Below the pieces are notes generated by a model. The model was not told where the DNA came from. It did no database searches and was given only the letters and a program-made list of their open reading frames with translations. From a virus, in the IMG/VR virus record IMGVR_UViG_3300018417_000005, positions 25,368 through 89,367 of that record: a stretch of DNA of 64,000 bases; one strand, written 5' to 3'. Positions within the stretch are counted from its first letter, which is position 1; every line of letters begins with the position of its first letter. A program made the translations under genes and the position numbers. This document shows positions 46,282-55,619 of this stretch, in pieces.

Positions 46282-47009
46282 TGGAACTACTTTTAGTTAA
46301 TCAAGAAATATCCGAAAGTAGGCTGTATCGTACTACAAATAACATGCGAAAACTTACAGGTAGAGATATTGCAGAACTTGCTTACCTTAATACACTAGCA
46401 GTTTATTTGTTTCTTGTAGCTAAGAACGACACCGACTATGCTAAAAAGACTTCACGGTACGGTAATTACAAAAACTTTAAAACAACAAGTACCGATTTGT
46501 ACATGCTTGGATATGTAATAAACAATCCTGAAGGGATTAGCTTAAGTACCGACGAGGTTTCGTATCTAAATAGATTGCAGTTTGACGCAAATAAACACTA
46601 TAGATTCATAAAAGAAATATCTAGTGCTAAAGGCAAATTGCAAACAGCGGCAGGATATTTGTATAGACTAGAAAGTCAATTGAAAATAAATAATAGTAAG
46701 TTAAAAGATTTTAGAAGAAGTATAATATCGTGGGATTCGTTAAGCTCAAGTAATAAAAAGATGCTTGTAAATAAGATGGCATTAGAAATGCGAAAACTAG
46801 CACAAGGCAGTGAGTTAGTTCATCCACTAACTAACATGGCTACGCCTACAAGCCTAGTAAAGAAAGCGGCAGGAGCAGTAGCCGGCGCAACTGCTGGCAG
46901 ATATATTGCTGGTAAAGTAGCAAAGAAGAATCCAGACCGAGCTAAGAAAATAGGCACAGGCATAGGAGCAATTGCAGGGTACTGGGCCGCGGGGAGAAAA
47001 GATTTATGA
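46281..47009 (+). CDS. Hypothetical protein with C-terminal glycine zipper
   Basis: AAGAVAGATAG...GTGIGAIAGYWA. Confidence 0.6.
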   Translation: MELLLVNQEISESRLYRTTNNMRKLTGRDIAELAYLNTLAVYLFLVAKNDTDYAKKTSRYGNYKNFKTTSTDLYMLGYVINNPEGISLSTDEVSYLNRLQFDANKHYRFIKEISSAKGKLQTAAGYLYRLESQLKINNSKLKDFRRSIISWDSLSSSNKKMLVNKMALEMRKLAQGSELVHPLTNMATPTSLVKKAAGAVAGATAGRYIAGKVAKKNPDRAKKIGTGIGAIAGYWAAGRKDL

Positions 47010-47410
47010 GGATGCACGAAATAATAATTGAAGAAGTAAAACCTGAGGTTGCGCCTAAGATAAAAGCGCAAGCGGAAGAATATTTTGCCAAAAATCCAGA
47101 AGAATTAGCAAAATTCAAAGACTTTGTAAATGTAACTAACGATCCCAAGACAAACCAGCCCTACGATAATATCGAGGACGCTGTATCCGCGTACAGCAAT
47201 CCAAACTGGAATCCAAACTTTAGAGGAAATCAGTACACTGGCGGCATTTCAGGACAAAAAACGCCAGGAACAATTAAAAAAGTAGCAAAATCCTTAAACC
47301 CAATGAAAGATATAGATATGACTGATGTAGGCACATCCGCAGTTTCAGGCTTCAAAAAGGGACAAGGAATAGCAAACAAAATAGATAATTTAGGAAAAAG
47401 ACGACGTTAA
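47006..47410 (+). CDS. Hypothetical protein
   Basis: MRMHEIIIEE leader. Confidence 0.55.
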   Translation: MRMHEIIIEEVKPEVAPKIKAQAEEYFAKNPEELAKFKDFVNVTNDPKTNQPYDNIEDAVSAYSNPNWNPNFRGNQYTGGISGQKTPGTIKKVAKSLNPMKDIDMTDVGTSAVSGFKKGQGIANKIDNLGKRRR

Positions 47411-47432
47411 GACGTAAGATTTTGCGTCGAAA

Positions 47433-47441
47433 TGATAAATA
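47433..47441 (+). promoter_or_regulatory. Late promoter TGATAAATA
   Basis: Upstream of 47491. Confidence 0.75.
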
Positions 47442-47490
47442 AAAGTAACATATTGTTAAAACAATATAAAAGATTCTTAGGAGAATAAAA

Positions 47491-47802
47491 ATGGCACAAA
47501 CAAAAGTAAATGGCGCACCATTAGCTGATCAGTTTTTAACTGGCACACTTGACTGGTTTATCGTCACCGACGTTGACGCGGCTACTGATATCGATGACTT
47601 CGGTACTGTAGACGGCAACGCAGAAACAGTTCTACGAGCTGTAAGCACTGTAGCTAACCCAGTAGTAGTTGAAGAAGGAACTGCTTCAATTATGTATGTA
47701 GCAACTGAAGTACCTGGCGTATCCGCTGCCTCATTGCAGACAGCAGTCGCAGGCGTACTTACTAACGCTACTGTAGTTGCTGGTACTGTAACTGTAGTTT
47801 AA
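47491..47802 (+). CDS. Small, probably abundant virion protein
   Basis: Own late promoter, AGGAG SD and terminator; Ala/Val/Thr-rich. Confidence 0.6.
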   Translation: MAQTKVNGAPLADQFLTGTLDWFIVTDVDAATDIDDFGTVDGNAETVLRAVSTVANPVVVEEGTASIMYVATEVPGVSAASLQTAVAGVLTNATVVAGTVTVV

Positions 47803-47822
47803 TAGTTACTTAAAGTAATACT

Positions 47823-47854
47823 AAAAATCCTCGCTTTATGCGGGGATTTTTTTT
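47823..47854 (+). terminator. Rho-independent terminator
   Basis: AAAAATCCTCGC-TTTAT-GCGGGGATTTTTTTT. Confidence 0.85.
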
Positions 47855-47874
47855 GTCTGCAATTTCTTACGCTT

Positions 47875-47883
47875 TGATAAATA
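47875..47883 (+). promoter_or_regulatory. Late promoter TGATAAATA
   Basis: Directly after the terminator; upstream of 47908. Confidence 0.75.
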
Positions 47884-47907
47884 GTATAATAAAGTGGAGA
47901 TCCACAT

Positions 47908-48312
47908 ATGAGTTTAATAAGATCAGGGTCAATGTCGGCCCAAGAAGTACTAACAGGTGATTTAGAATTTTTTACCTTATACACAACAATAGATTTAACT
48001 GTAACCGGTGATTTTACAGATAATACGCAAAAAGATTTTGAAAGCGTAATACAAGTTATTGCACTAAGAGCTATGCCAGTTATTATGAATAATCCAGTAG
48101 AACTTGACGGTACCGGTGGCAATCTGTTAGAAAGTTACGGAGCACCTACATTAACAGGCGCAGGCTGGATTTTTAAATTTGCTTTTGAGAAAACAGATGT
48201 ACACAGTATAGCTACACTAACAGCTGAACTAGATGGAATTGTTTTAAATGGTGGCACAATCGATACTACAAGTTCGATAAACATGGAATTTACACAGCAA
48301 CAATTGTTGTAA
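47908..48312 (+). CDS. Virion protein, paralog of 47491..47802
   Basis: LTGDLEFF vs LTGTLDWF; ESVIQVIALRAMPVIM vs ETVLRAVSTVANPVVV. Confidence 0.55.
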   Translation: MSLIRSGSMSAQEVLTGDLEFFTLYTTIDLTVTGDFTDNTQKDFESVIQVIALRAMPVIMNNPVELDGTGGNLLESYGAPTLTGAGWIFKFAFEKTDVHSIATLTAELDGIVLNGGTIDTTSSINMEFTQQQLL

Positions 48313-48324
48313 TAAAGGAATAAA

Positions 48325-48564
48325 ATGGACAACAAACCAAACTTAGATCAGAAAAATAAAGAACTGTATACTAACAATCTCGAAGCACATATCATTGCCG
48401 ACATGCTTCGTATCGAAAGTATCAGCGCAGAACTACGAGAATTTAAAAACGATACAAAACTACGCCTTAACAAATTAGAAGGCTGGATTATTAGCATTGT
48501 AGCTATTACTTTCAGTACACTGCTAGCAGTAGTAGGATCGCTTATATGGCGGTTGCTTGGATGA
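48325..48564 (+). CDS. Small coiled-coil protein with C-terminal TM helix
   Basis: RLNKLEGWIISIVAITFSTLLAVVGSLIW. Confidence 0.55.
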   Translation: MDNKPNLDQKNKELYTNNLEAHIIADMLRIESISAELREFKNDTKLRLNKLEGWIISIVAITFSTLLAVVGSLIWRLLG

Positions 48565-48842
48565 GACTAGACGAATTCGCAGGCCCTATTACTGAAGCTA
48601 GAATGATATGGAAAAAGTCTGGCAAGAAAGTTGTACGAGCTGTGAGATGTACTAGCGGTCCTAGAAAAGGACGGGTGGTTAGTAAAGCCTCACAATGTGG
48701 CGCACCGATAGATATTAAGAAAAGAATGACACTAAAAAGAACAAAGGCGAAGATGGGCAAGCGCATGTCCAGAAAAGCAAATAGAACAAAAAGATTTAGC
48801 CCTGCAAGTAGAAGGGTTAGGACATTAAACAAGAGAAGATAA
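48561..48842 (+). CDS. Highly basic small protein (probable internal/DNA-binding)
   Basis: MRLDEFAGPITE leader followed by a very K/R-rich body; ATGA overlap start. Confidence 0.6.
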   Translation: MRLDEFAGPITEARMIWKKSGKKVVRAVRCTSGPRKGRVVSKASQCGAPIDIKKRMTLKRTKAKMGKRMSRKANRTKRFSPASRRVRTLNKRR

Positions 48843-51800
48843 TGAGAAGAAAGTATTCTATTTTAGAAGGTATTAAAAAGTTAAACGAATATCCTAACTA
48901 TCCAGCAATGGGTGCTAGTGCTAAAGCTAATGCAGTGTCAGGTAGTCCGACAACTGCGTCGAGTCCTAGCCCATCTCAAGCATCTAGCCAAAGCCCATCT
49001 CAAGCATCTAGCCAAAGCCCATCTACTGCTCCTATAAAAGCACAGCCCAAAAAGCCGGTAGTTGCTAAAGCGCAAGAACTACAAAAAGATTTTGAATTCC
49101 CAAGTAAGGAAGGCAACGTAGTAAAAGTTATATCACCATTTGGCGCTGGCAAGAACAAAAGCAGTGTAGTTGTACAAGATCAAAAGACAAAAGAATATTA
49201 TGCTATAGACCCAGATGAGAAAATTGCCCTACCGCAAGTAGATCAGAGCGAAATACAAACAGAGGATTCCGGAGCAGAGGCTCTACGAAATATTACTACC
49301 AGGAAGCATCGTGTAAACTTAGGCAAACGCGGACATCGTAAGATGGAAGTAGGCAAGAGGCTGAAGAAAATATCCAAACTAATAAGAAAAAGTCGTTTAA
49401 TCGAAGAGCCTATCTTTGAAATTAACTTTAACGATAAGCGTGTTACACAATCAGCGTTAGCGGCTCCGATTAGTTGTGGGTTTGAAGCGGAAACTGTATG
49501 GACTACAATAGACGGAGGCCCATCCGAAGAGTATTTAGATAATCTTTCATGGGACGATAGTGAGATACAGCAACACATCGGTAGTTATGAAGAGCGCAAG
49601 GTGAGAGAAGAGTATGACTCTTATATGTGGGATTCCGATGAAATAAATGATCTAATAATTAAGCATACAGACGAATGGGTCAACGAAAATAACGAGTCGG
49701 AAGAATTCCTGGAAAAATTTATAGACGCTAAAGTAGACGAAGATGATATAGAAGAATACAGGAAAACAACACTAGCGAATGCAGACGAAGAAGATTTAGA
49801 AATCCTAAACGACTATAGTCAAACAGCGTGGGGCCGTGAATATGTAGACGAAAACATGACAGACGAATACAGAGAATGGCTAGAAGAATATGCCAGGGAT
49901 AACGGAATAGGTCTAGACGAAGCAGTAGAAGAATATTACCAAGAATTTAGTATTGACAAATGGGCACAGATTGTATATGGCTCTGTACAGGAGATGATAG
50001 GCGCTATATTAGATGTTTATGTCGATACTGGCCCGGGTTCATCGCAAGAAGATGTAGCACATGAGCTATCGGCTTGGACAGAAAATCATAGTGCGTTTGC
50101 AAAGGTCGAAGCTGGCGAATATCACCAAGGTCACGGCGACACTACGCAAGACTACTGGAGGGTCGAAGATGACCCAAGTATCAGCCCAGATGGCGAAGGC
50201 CTAGGTTCGGAAATTATATCTCCTGTTTACGAAACACCTGAAATGATGCTATCAGAAATGCAACCGTTATTTAAAGAAATGTCTGCTAATGACGTAGAAA
50301 CTAATAGTTCTACAGGATTACACGTAACCATGAGCTGGTCAGGAAAACAATCTAAAACGAATAAATTAAAAATGGCATTGTTGTTAGGCGATTCATATGT
50401 ACTGAAGCAATTCGACAGAGAAAATAGTCATTATACAATGAGCCAGAAAAAAATAATAGACGATAGTATAGTAAATCTAAAGCAAAATTTAAACGATCAG
50501 CGCAGTTTAGACAAGCTAGAAGAAATTTTAAATGAATTTATTTCTAACGATAAGTACCGTACTATACATTTTAAATCAGAAGAAAACGATAGCGGAAATA
50601 GTCTAATAGAATTTAGAGCGGCGGGCGGCGACTATTTAGACCAGCACGAATTGATAGCAAAAACTGTATCGAGATATGCGGCAATTATGCAGGCTGGCCA
50701 CGACGAGAACGCATTTAGAAAAGACTATATACGCGCACTAGTTAAAGCTGTAAATGGCCAGACTAGTATTCCAGACGAATACGCAACAGAATTTGCAGGC
50801 GGTAAGTTACCAGACAACGCACTTGTTCAAGGCATGAGAGCGACATTAAGTAAGGCACGTTATACAGACGGCTTGGAGAAACTAGCACAAGCATACCAGC
50901 ATTTACAAATGGCTAGAACTTTAAAAACAGGCAGAGCTCAGCCTGATATGTTTGAAACATTGAGCAGAGTATACGAGGACTGGACAGATGACCTAAAAGC
51001 ACAAGTGGATGCTGACCCTAGGTCGACTACTGATGGAGATTGGCAGACTGCGGCAGCAACCGCGCAACAAGAATTTGCAGATGCGGTTGTTATGTTGGCA
51101 ATAGATACGTTAAGCGGTAAAGCGAGGAGCAAGCCAACCGCAGCCTTAATTAGTGGGCTAAGAAACGCATTAAAAGAATTTAGTTTGAACGGTGACACGC
51201 TATGGAGTTTAATAACTAAAAGTGAGATTTTACATTCCGAAGAACAGGTACCTGTTGACAAATTGCAGAAGGCAGTAAGCCAGCTTTTCCACAAAGACGT
51301 CGGGACTGTTCCGAAAGCCGCATTTACTATAACACTAAATCCAACAACCGAAACGCTAATGGTAAGGCAAGACGTGCATAACGAACATATCAGTTTTTTC
51401 GGCGACATATTTGGCGATGAGACAGAGAAAGGCATAGCAGACATGAACAAAGTGCCTACGCAACTTAAAAAAGAACACTTTAAAGTAGTTAATAGAGAAG
51501 AGTATGAACAAGCCCGCAATACACGAGGTAGCATAGAAGCAAGAAAAGAATCAATAGAGAATCTAACATCCCATTTAAATAATGTAGAGAGCGATGAGCA
51601 AAGTGACGATAACAATAAAGTAATCGCCAAGTGGACTAATGATATACAAGAAATGCAAGCGGAGATAGACAAGTGGAAACCAATCCTAGACAAATTTTAC
51701 AAAAAGTACGGGTTCATTCCGAAAAGTGTACGATACGGGTCACAGAATATAGGACCGGAATATACAATTATTCGTCCTGATACTTTCCCGGAACTTTCAC

Positions 51801-53554
51801 AAAAATTCGGTATAAAGATTGTAGCTACAGAAAGTGTATTTAAGAAAATCAATAAGCTACCACTAGCAGAACAAATTAAACTTTTAAGCAAAATTGACGA
51901 CAAGTCGATTAGTAAGGTGTGGACTAAATCTAAGGTAAAAGAAACTCCAATTAACGAGAGTGCAGTGCCCGACAGAGGTATAAAACGCGACTTAGAAAAC
52001 TTAATGAGTAAGCCATTATTAGCTAACGATCTTAGAGGGCAAATGTCTGCTTATTTTGTTATTCCCGATCCTAATATGATTAGTGACTTTAGAGAAGCAA
52101 GGGCCACCGGTGGAGATAAATTCGACTTACGTCCTATCCTGCAAGGCTATATGCAACGAGATTTGCATCCTAGCAAAAAAAAGGAATTAGGATTAAAAGA
52201 AAGTGTAATAACTGAATCAAGGGGTGTAACTGCAAGAATGCCCGGTGAGGAATACATAAGTGTTACTAACCCTAATGACATTCTTGTAATGCAAGAAGTT
52301 ATAATAGTATCTCCTCCAGAAGCAGACAGTTACGAAAGTTTAGACGAATTAGAAGCGGCATTAGAACAAGTGATTCCCGGTGCGGCAAAAAGAGTAAACG
52401 ACAACAATCCTAATCAAGGCACAAAAGCCGCGCTAGTAGCAATAATGGCTGATAACGTCGGCGCGCCTCAGTACTGGGTTAGGTATGTACGAGCTATTCC
52501 TGCCGCAGGGGTTACTGGAATGTGGAAAACGCTAAGAGGTTATAAATTTAGGAAAGGCGCTGAAACTGAAAGTGTGCCTATTAAGCCAGCTGACCTAGTA
52601 AATGACGAAAGTTTTAAAACAACTGAACAACTTTCCACCGAGATTTTAACTAATATTGCTAGCATAACAGCAAATTCTGAACACGAAGATTTACAGGCGA
52701 TTATGGAACAAGCTGTGTCCTATGCCAGAACTGGTAGCGTAGCACCAATCGCAGGTGGCGCGAAATATTTTAACGTATTGCAAAAGTACGGCGGCGAATA
52801 TTTAGGCCCACTTGCAATTATCGACGGCGGAAACGTAAAAGGAAATACACCGGAAATGCTAGCGGCATACGAGCTAACAACACTTAAAGGCTCGCAGATT
52901 ATGTTCCCTGAAAGCACAGCATATCCGTTAGTAGACAGCGTTATTAAAGCACCGAACGGTCAAGACATCGGTGTAAGCAGTAAAGCACATACAGCAGGTG
53001 GCGCGGCAAGTAGCTTAAAAGGTGTTTACGATCAGCTAACAGATGAGATGAAACAACAGTACCCATTAGGATCGCAGATACTTGAACTTATTGCTACAGA
53101 GAGTGCAGTAAACGGTCCTATTAAAGTCGGTATATTGCTAGGTCTATTATCGACCAGAGATGCAAAATCATTACAGGAACTAGACAGAAGTTCTAAAAAT
53201 ATAGATGACTTAACATCAGCAAGATTGCGTAAGATGACTCATGCCCAGGGCATAGATAAAAGCACAGTGCATCGTGCAGAGTACAGAGTATTTTATCACG
53301 TACTTGCCGCAATTGTAAATACCATTATACCAGTTGTGAATTCTACGCAAGAATTTAAAGATGTAATGATAGCGGCACTAAACAACAACAAATATGTAAT
53401 GGTACTAACACAGGGTAAAGTTATAGGCGATGATGTTACACTAGATTACTATACAAAATTTCCAGCAGTGTTTGAAGGATCACCGCAGATTGTTAATAAG
53501 ACTTATTTTGCAACAGGACAAAAAGGAAGATTAGGATTTAAATTGAAAAAATGA
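48842..53554 (+). CDS. 1570-aa multidomain protein with amidoligase-like domain and C-terminal nuclease-like domain
   Basis: GFEAE, DDPSI, GSEIISP, TNSSTGLHVTMS, KYRTIHF, IEFRAAGG; C-terminal PLVDS...GVSSK. Confidence 0.65.
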   Translation: MRRKYSILEGIKKLNEYPNYPAMGASAKANAVSGSPTTASSPSPSQASSQSPSQASSQSPSTAPIKAQPKKPVVAKAQELQKDFEFPSKEGNVVKVISPFGAGKNKSSVVVQDQKTKEYYAIDPDEKIALPQVDQSEIQTEDSGAEALRNITTRKHRVNLGKRGHRKMEVGKRLKKISKLIRKSRLIEEPIFEINFNDKRVTQSALAAPISCGFEAETVWTTIDGGPSEEYLDNLSWDDSEIQQHIGSYEERKVREEYDSYMWDSDEINDLIIKHTDEWVNENNESEEFLEKFIDAKVDEDDIEEYRKTTLANADEEDLEILNDYSQTAWGREYVDENMTDEYREWLEEYARDNGIGLDEAVEEYYQEFSIDKWAQIVYGSVQEMIGAILDVYVDTGPGSSQEDVAHELSAWTENHSAFAKVEAGEYHQGHGDTTQDYWRVEDDPSISPDGEGLGSEIISPVYETPEMMLSEMQPLFKEMSANDVETNSSTGLHVTMSWSGKQSKTNKLKMALLLGDSYVLKQFDRENSHYTMSQKKIIDDSIVNLKQNLNDQRSLDKLEEILNEFISNDKYRTIHFKSEENDSGNSLIEFRAAGGDYLDQHELIAKTVSRYAAIMQAGHDENAFRKDYIRALVKAVNGQTSIPDEYATEFAGGKLPDNALVQGMRATLSKARYTDGLEKLAQAYQHLQMARTLKTGRAQPDMFETLSRVYEDWTDDLKAQVDADPRSTTDGDWQTAAATAQQEFADAVVMLAIDTLSGKARSKPTAALISGLRNALKEFSLNGDTLWSLITKSEILHSEEQVPVDKLQKAVSQLFHKDVGTVPKAAFTITLNPTTETLMVRQDVHNEHISFFGDIFGDETEKGIADMNKVPTQLKKEHFKVVNREEYEQARNTRGSIEARKESIENLTSHLNNVESDEQSDDNNKVIAKWTNDIQEMQAEIDKWKPILDKFYKKYGFIPKSVRYGSQNIGPEYTIIRPDTFPELSQKFGIKIVATESVFKKINKLPLAEQIKLLSKIDDKSISKVWTKSKVKETPINESAVPDRGIKRDLENLMSKPLLANDLRGQMSAYFVIPDPNMISDFREARATGGDKFDLRPILQGYMQRDLHPSKKKELGLKESVITESRGVTARMPGEEYISVTNPNDILVMQEVIIVSPPEADSYESLDELEAALEQVIPGAAKRVNDNNPNQGTKAALVAIMADNVGAPQYWVRYVRAIPAAGVTGMWKTLRGYKFRKGAETESVPIKPADLVNDESFKTTEQLSTEILTNIASITANSEHEDLQAIMEQAVSYARTGSVAPIAGGAKYFNVLQKYGGEYLGPLAIIDGGNVKGNTPEMLAAYELTTLKGSQIMFPESTAYPLVDSVIKAPNGQDIGVSSKAHTAGGAASSLKGVYDQLTDEMKQQYPLGSQILELIATESAVNGPIKVGILLGLLSTRDAKSLQELDRSSKNIDDLTSARLRKMTHAQGIDKSTVHRAEYRVFYHVLAAIVNTIIPVVNSTQEFKDVMIAALNNNKYVMVLTQGKVIGDDVTLDYYTKFPAVFEGSPQIVNKTYFATGQKGRLGFKLKK
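48968..49024 (+). repeat. In-frame 24-bp tandem repeat, about 2.4 copies
   Basis: AGCCCATCTCAAGCATCTAGCCAA x2 plus partial; encodes SPSQASSQ. Confidence 0.9.
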
Positions 53555-54333
53555 GATTATTTGAATTGGCTGAGGCACCATACAGAGGCAACATAGGAAT
53601 CCACGAAATGATGGAATTCTATAAACTTGCGACTCCGGCTGAAAAGAAAGAATTAGACGATTTAATTCTTTCTAATAGAACCAATGAAGCATGGGATTTA
53701 ATACAACAAGTAACCGGCATGAAATTAAACACAGATGATTTAGTCACTGAGACTTTGAAAAAAGTAAATGGCAAATGGGCACTTGTAAGTAAAAGTAATC
53801 CTAAAAAAGTATTACAGTATTATAAAGGTTCAGGAAAACCGAGCAAAGAATGGGTAAGCAAAGTTGAACGTAGAGTACATAGCTTCGAAGAAGTACAGCA
53901 TGAAAATGGCACGTATTCTTCACTTCAAGTCAGCGCATCATCAGCTAAAAAAATAATAGCCTGGTGTGAAGAAAATAATGTAACTGTAAGTAATCCGGAC
54001 GAGCTACATTGTACGATAGTGTTTAGTAAAACCCCAGTTCCAGAAGTAATTAAGTTAGACGGAAAAGAAATAACAGTAACCGGTAAGGTTAAAGAATGGG
54101 AAGTACTCGGCGAAGACTGCTTAGTGTTAATGCTAGACTGTCCCGGTGCTTCGTACTTACATAAGGAAATAACAGACTTAGGTGCAACATCAGATTACGA
54201 TGAATATATTGCCCATGTTACTATTACAACACATTATGAAACTAACGAAGTGCCTGGAGTAATTCCAGATTTCGATATCGAGTTTGATAGTATACAAGTA
54301 AATGAATTAGATGATGACTGGAACGACAAGTGA
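53551..54333 (+). CDS. Modular protein with C-terminal Acb1/T4 57B-like 2H phosphodiesterase
   Basis: GTYSSL...LHCTIVFS...GATSDYDEYIAHVTI (two HxT motifs). Confidence 0.75.
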   Translation: MRLFELAEAPYRGNIGIHEMMEFYKLATPAEKKELDDLILSNRTNEAWDLIQQVTGMKLNTDDLVTETLKKVNGKWALVSKSNPKKVLQYYKGSGKPSKEWVSKVERRVHSFEEVQHENGTYSSLQVSASSAKKIIAWCEENNVTVSNPDELHCTIVFSKTPVPEVIKLDGKEITVTGKVKEWEVLGEDCLVLMLDCPGASYLHKEITDLGATSDYDEYIAHVTITTHYETNEVPGVIPDFDIEFDSIQVNELDDDWNDK

Positions 54334-55067
54334 AAATAACTGACATTATTAAAGAAGGGTACGATATTCCGCGCAATCAAATGCCGCAGATTCATGCTGA
54401 CGATTTGGAAAATACACATAATGTTAAACATGGAACTATGAGTATTACTAAATTAAAACCAGCTCAGTCTCAGCGAGTTCCGGGACTAGTTGATAAAACT
54501 GCTAAAAGCATAGAAGGCGGATTCAACAAGCCTATAATGATAGACAGAGAAGGCTATGTCATTAATGGCCACCATAGGTATGATGCTTATAAAAAGTTAG
54601 GCATAAACAAGGTTCCAGTTAGTGTAGTAACAGACGCAACATTACAAGAACTTATAGACCAGTTTAGCCACAAAACAAGCGATGAGTTTGCTGAAGAACG
54701 CATTAATGAATTGGCGCAAGCAGATCTTGACCAATTAGAAAAAACAGTAGACAATTGGTTTGCTAAAGTAGGTATCGATGTTGAATTTACAAGACACTTT
54801 TTAGATAGAGTAAACGATAACAGAAATCAAAAGCCGATTACTATGTCAGAATTGGTTCGTTTATTTAAACAAGAATATAAGAAATGGGGAAAGCCTATTG
54901 CGCAGATGGGGCCAGATGCCCAAGCAGTAATGAAAGACATGCAGACAGATATAAACGTGCCGTTTGTGTTAGTGCTAGACCCTAGAAATAATGAATTAGA
55001 TTTAGTAGCTAAGACAATTATGAGAAAGAAAGATTTTAAAACCCCTAACAAGACGTTCGACGTATGA
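54330..55067 (+). CDS. Two-module protein: ParB/Srx-like domain plus small alpha/beta domain
   Basis: KPIMIDREGYVINGHHRYDA; second module FTRHFLDRVND...LVAKTIMRK. Confidence 0.6.
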   Translation: MKITDIIKEGYDIPRNQMPQIHADDLENTHNVKHGTMSITKLKPAQSQRVPGLVDKTAKSIEGGFNKPIMIDREGYVINGHHRYDAYKKLGINKVPVSVVTDATLQELIDQFSHKTSDEFAEERINELAQADLDQLEKTVDNWFAKVGIDVEFTRHFLDRVNDNRNQKPITMSELVRLFKQEYKKWGKPIAQMGPDAQAVMKDMQTDINVPFVLVLDPRNNELDLVAKTIMRKKDFKTPNKTFDV

Positions 55068-55618
55068 GATATAGCGACTTAATAACAGAATTAGAACTCC
55101 CTAAGAACCAATGGGAATTGATTATTTCGAATGCTGATAAAGAAGAAGCAGGCGAAAACCTTGTGGACTTAGTACAGCAAGCGTACAGTAGCACACCACT
55201 AGGTAGTCACGTTAATAGCTTACGAGATGTTATTCCAAGCGACTGGGAAGTTATAGATTGGGATCCGGAAGATGATGTTGACGCTACTATGTTTTTTAGA
55301 AAGAATCGTGCAGGTGAAACTTGGACTGGCAACAAAATACAAGGAATAGGACACGACGGACAGCGAGTTAGTAAAGACAAAGTTATACAAAAAGTAAGGC
55401 AAGCATTAGATAAGCCAGGCTGGTGGATTGAATCCAGTGATGCTATGGCACATGTATTAGGTAAAATGAATGCACCTCTTGTAAATGACGAGGCTTTTTT
55501 ACAGAAGTTGTTTAATGATCCTAATTTAAAAATGATTGACGATAAGACCTATGTAAGAAAACTAGGAAACGGACAAACGATTAAGGAGACAGTTTTCGGT
55601 AAACCGAAACTACAGTAA
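55064..55618 (+). CDS. Hypothetical protein
   Basis: MRYSDLITE leader; alpha/beta pattern, possibly GNAT-like. Confidence 0.55.
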   Translation: MRYSDLITELELPKNQWELIISNADKEEAGENLVDLVQQAYSSTPLGSHVNSLRDVIPSDWEVIDWDPEDDVDATMFFRKNRAGETWTGNKIQGIGHDGQRVSKDKVIQKVRQALDKPGWWIESSDAMAHVLGKMNAPLVNDEAFLQKLFNDPNLKMIDDKTYVRKLGNGQTIKETVFGKPKLQ

Positions 55619-55619
55619 T

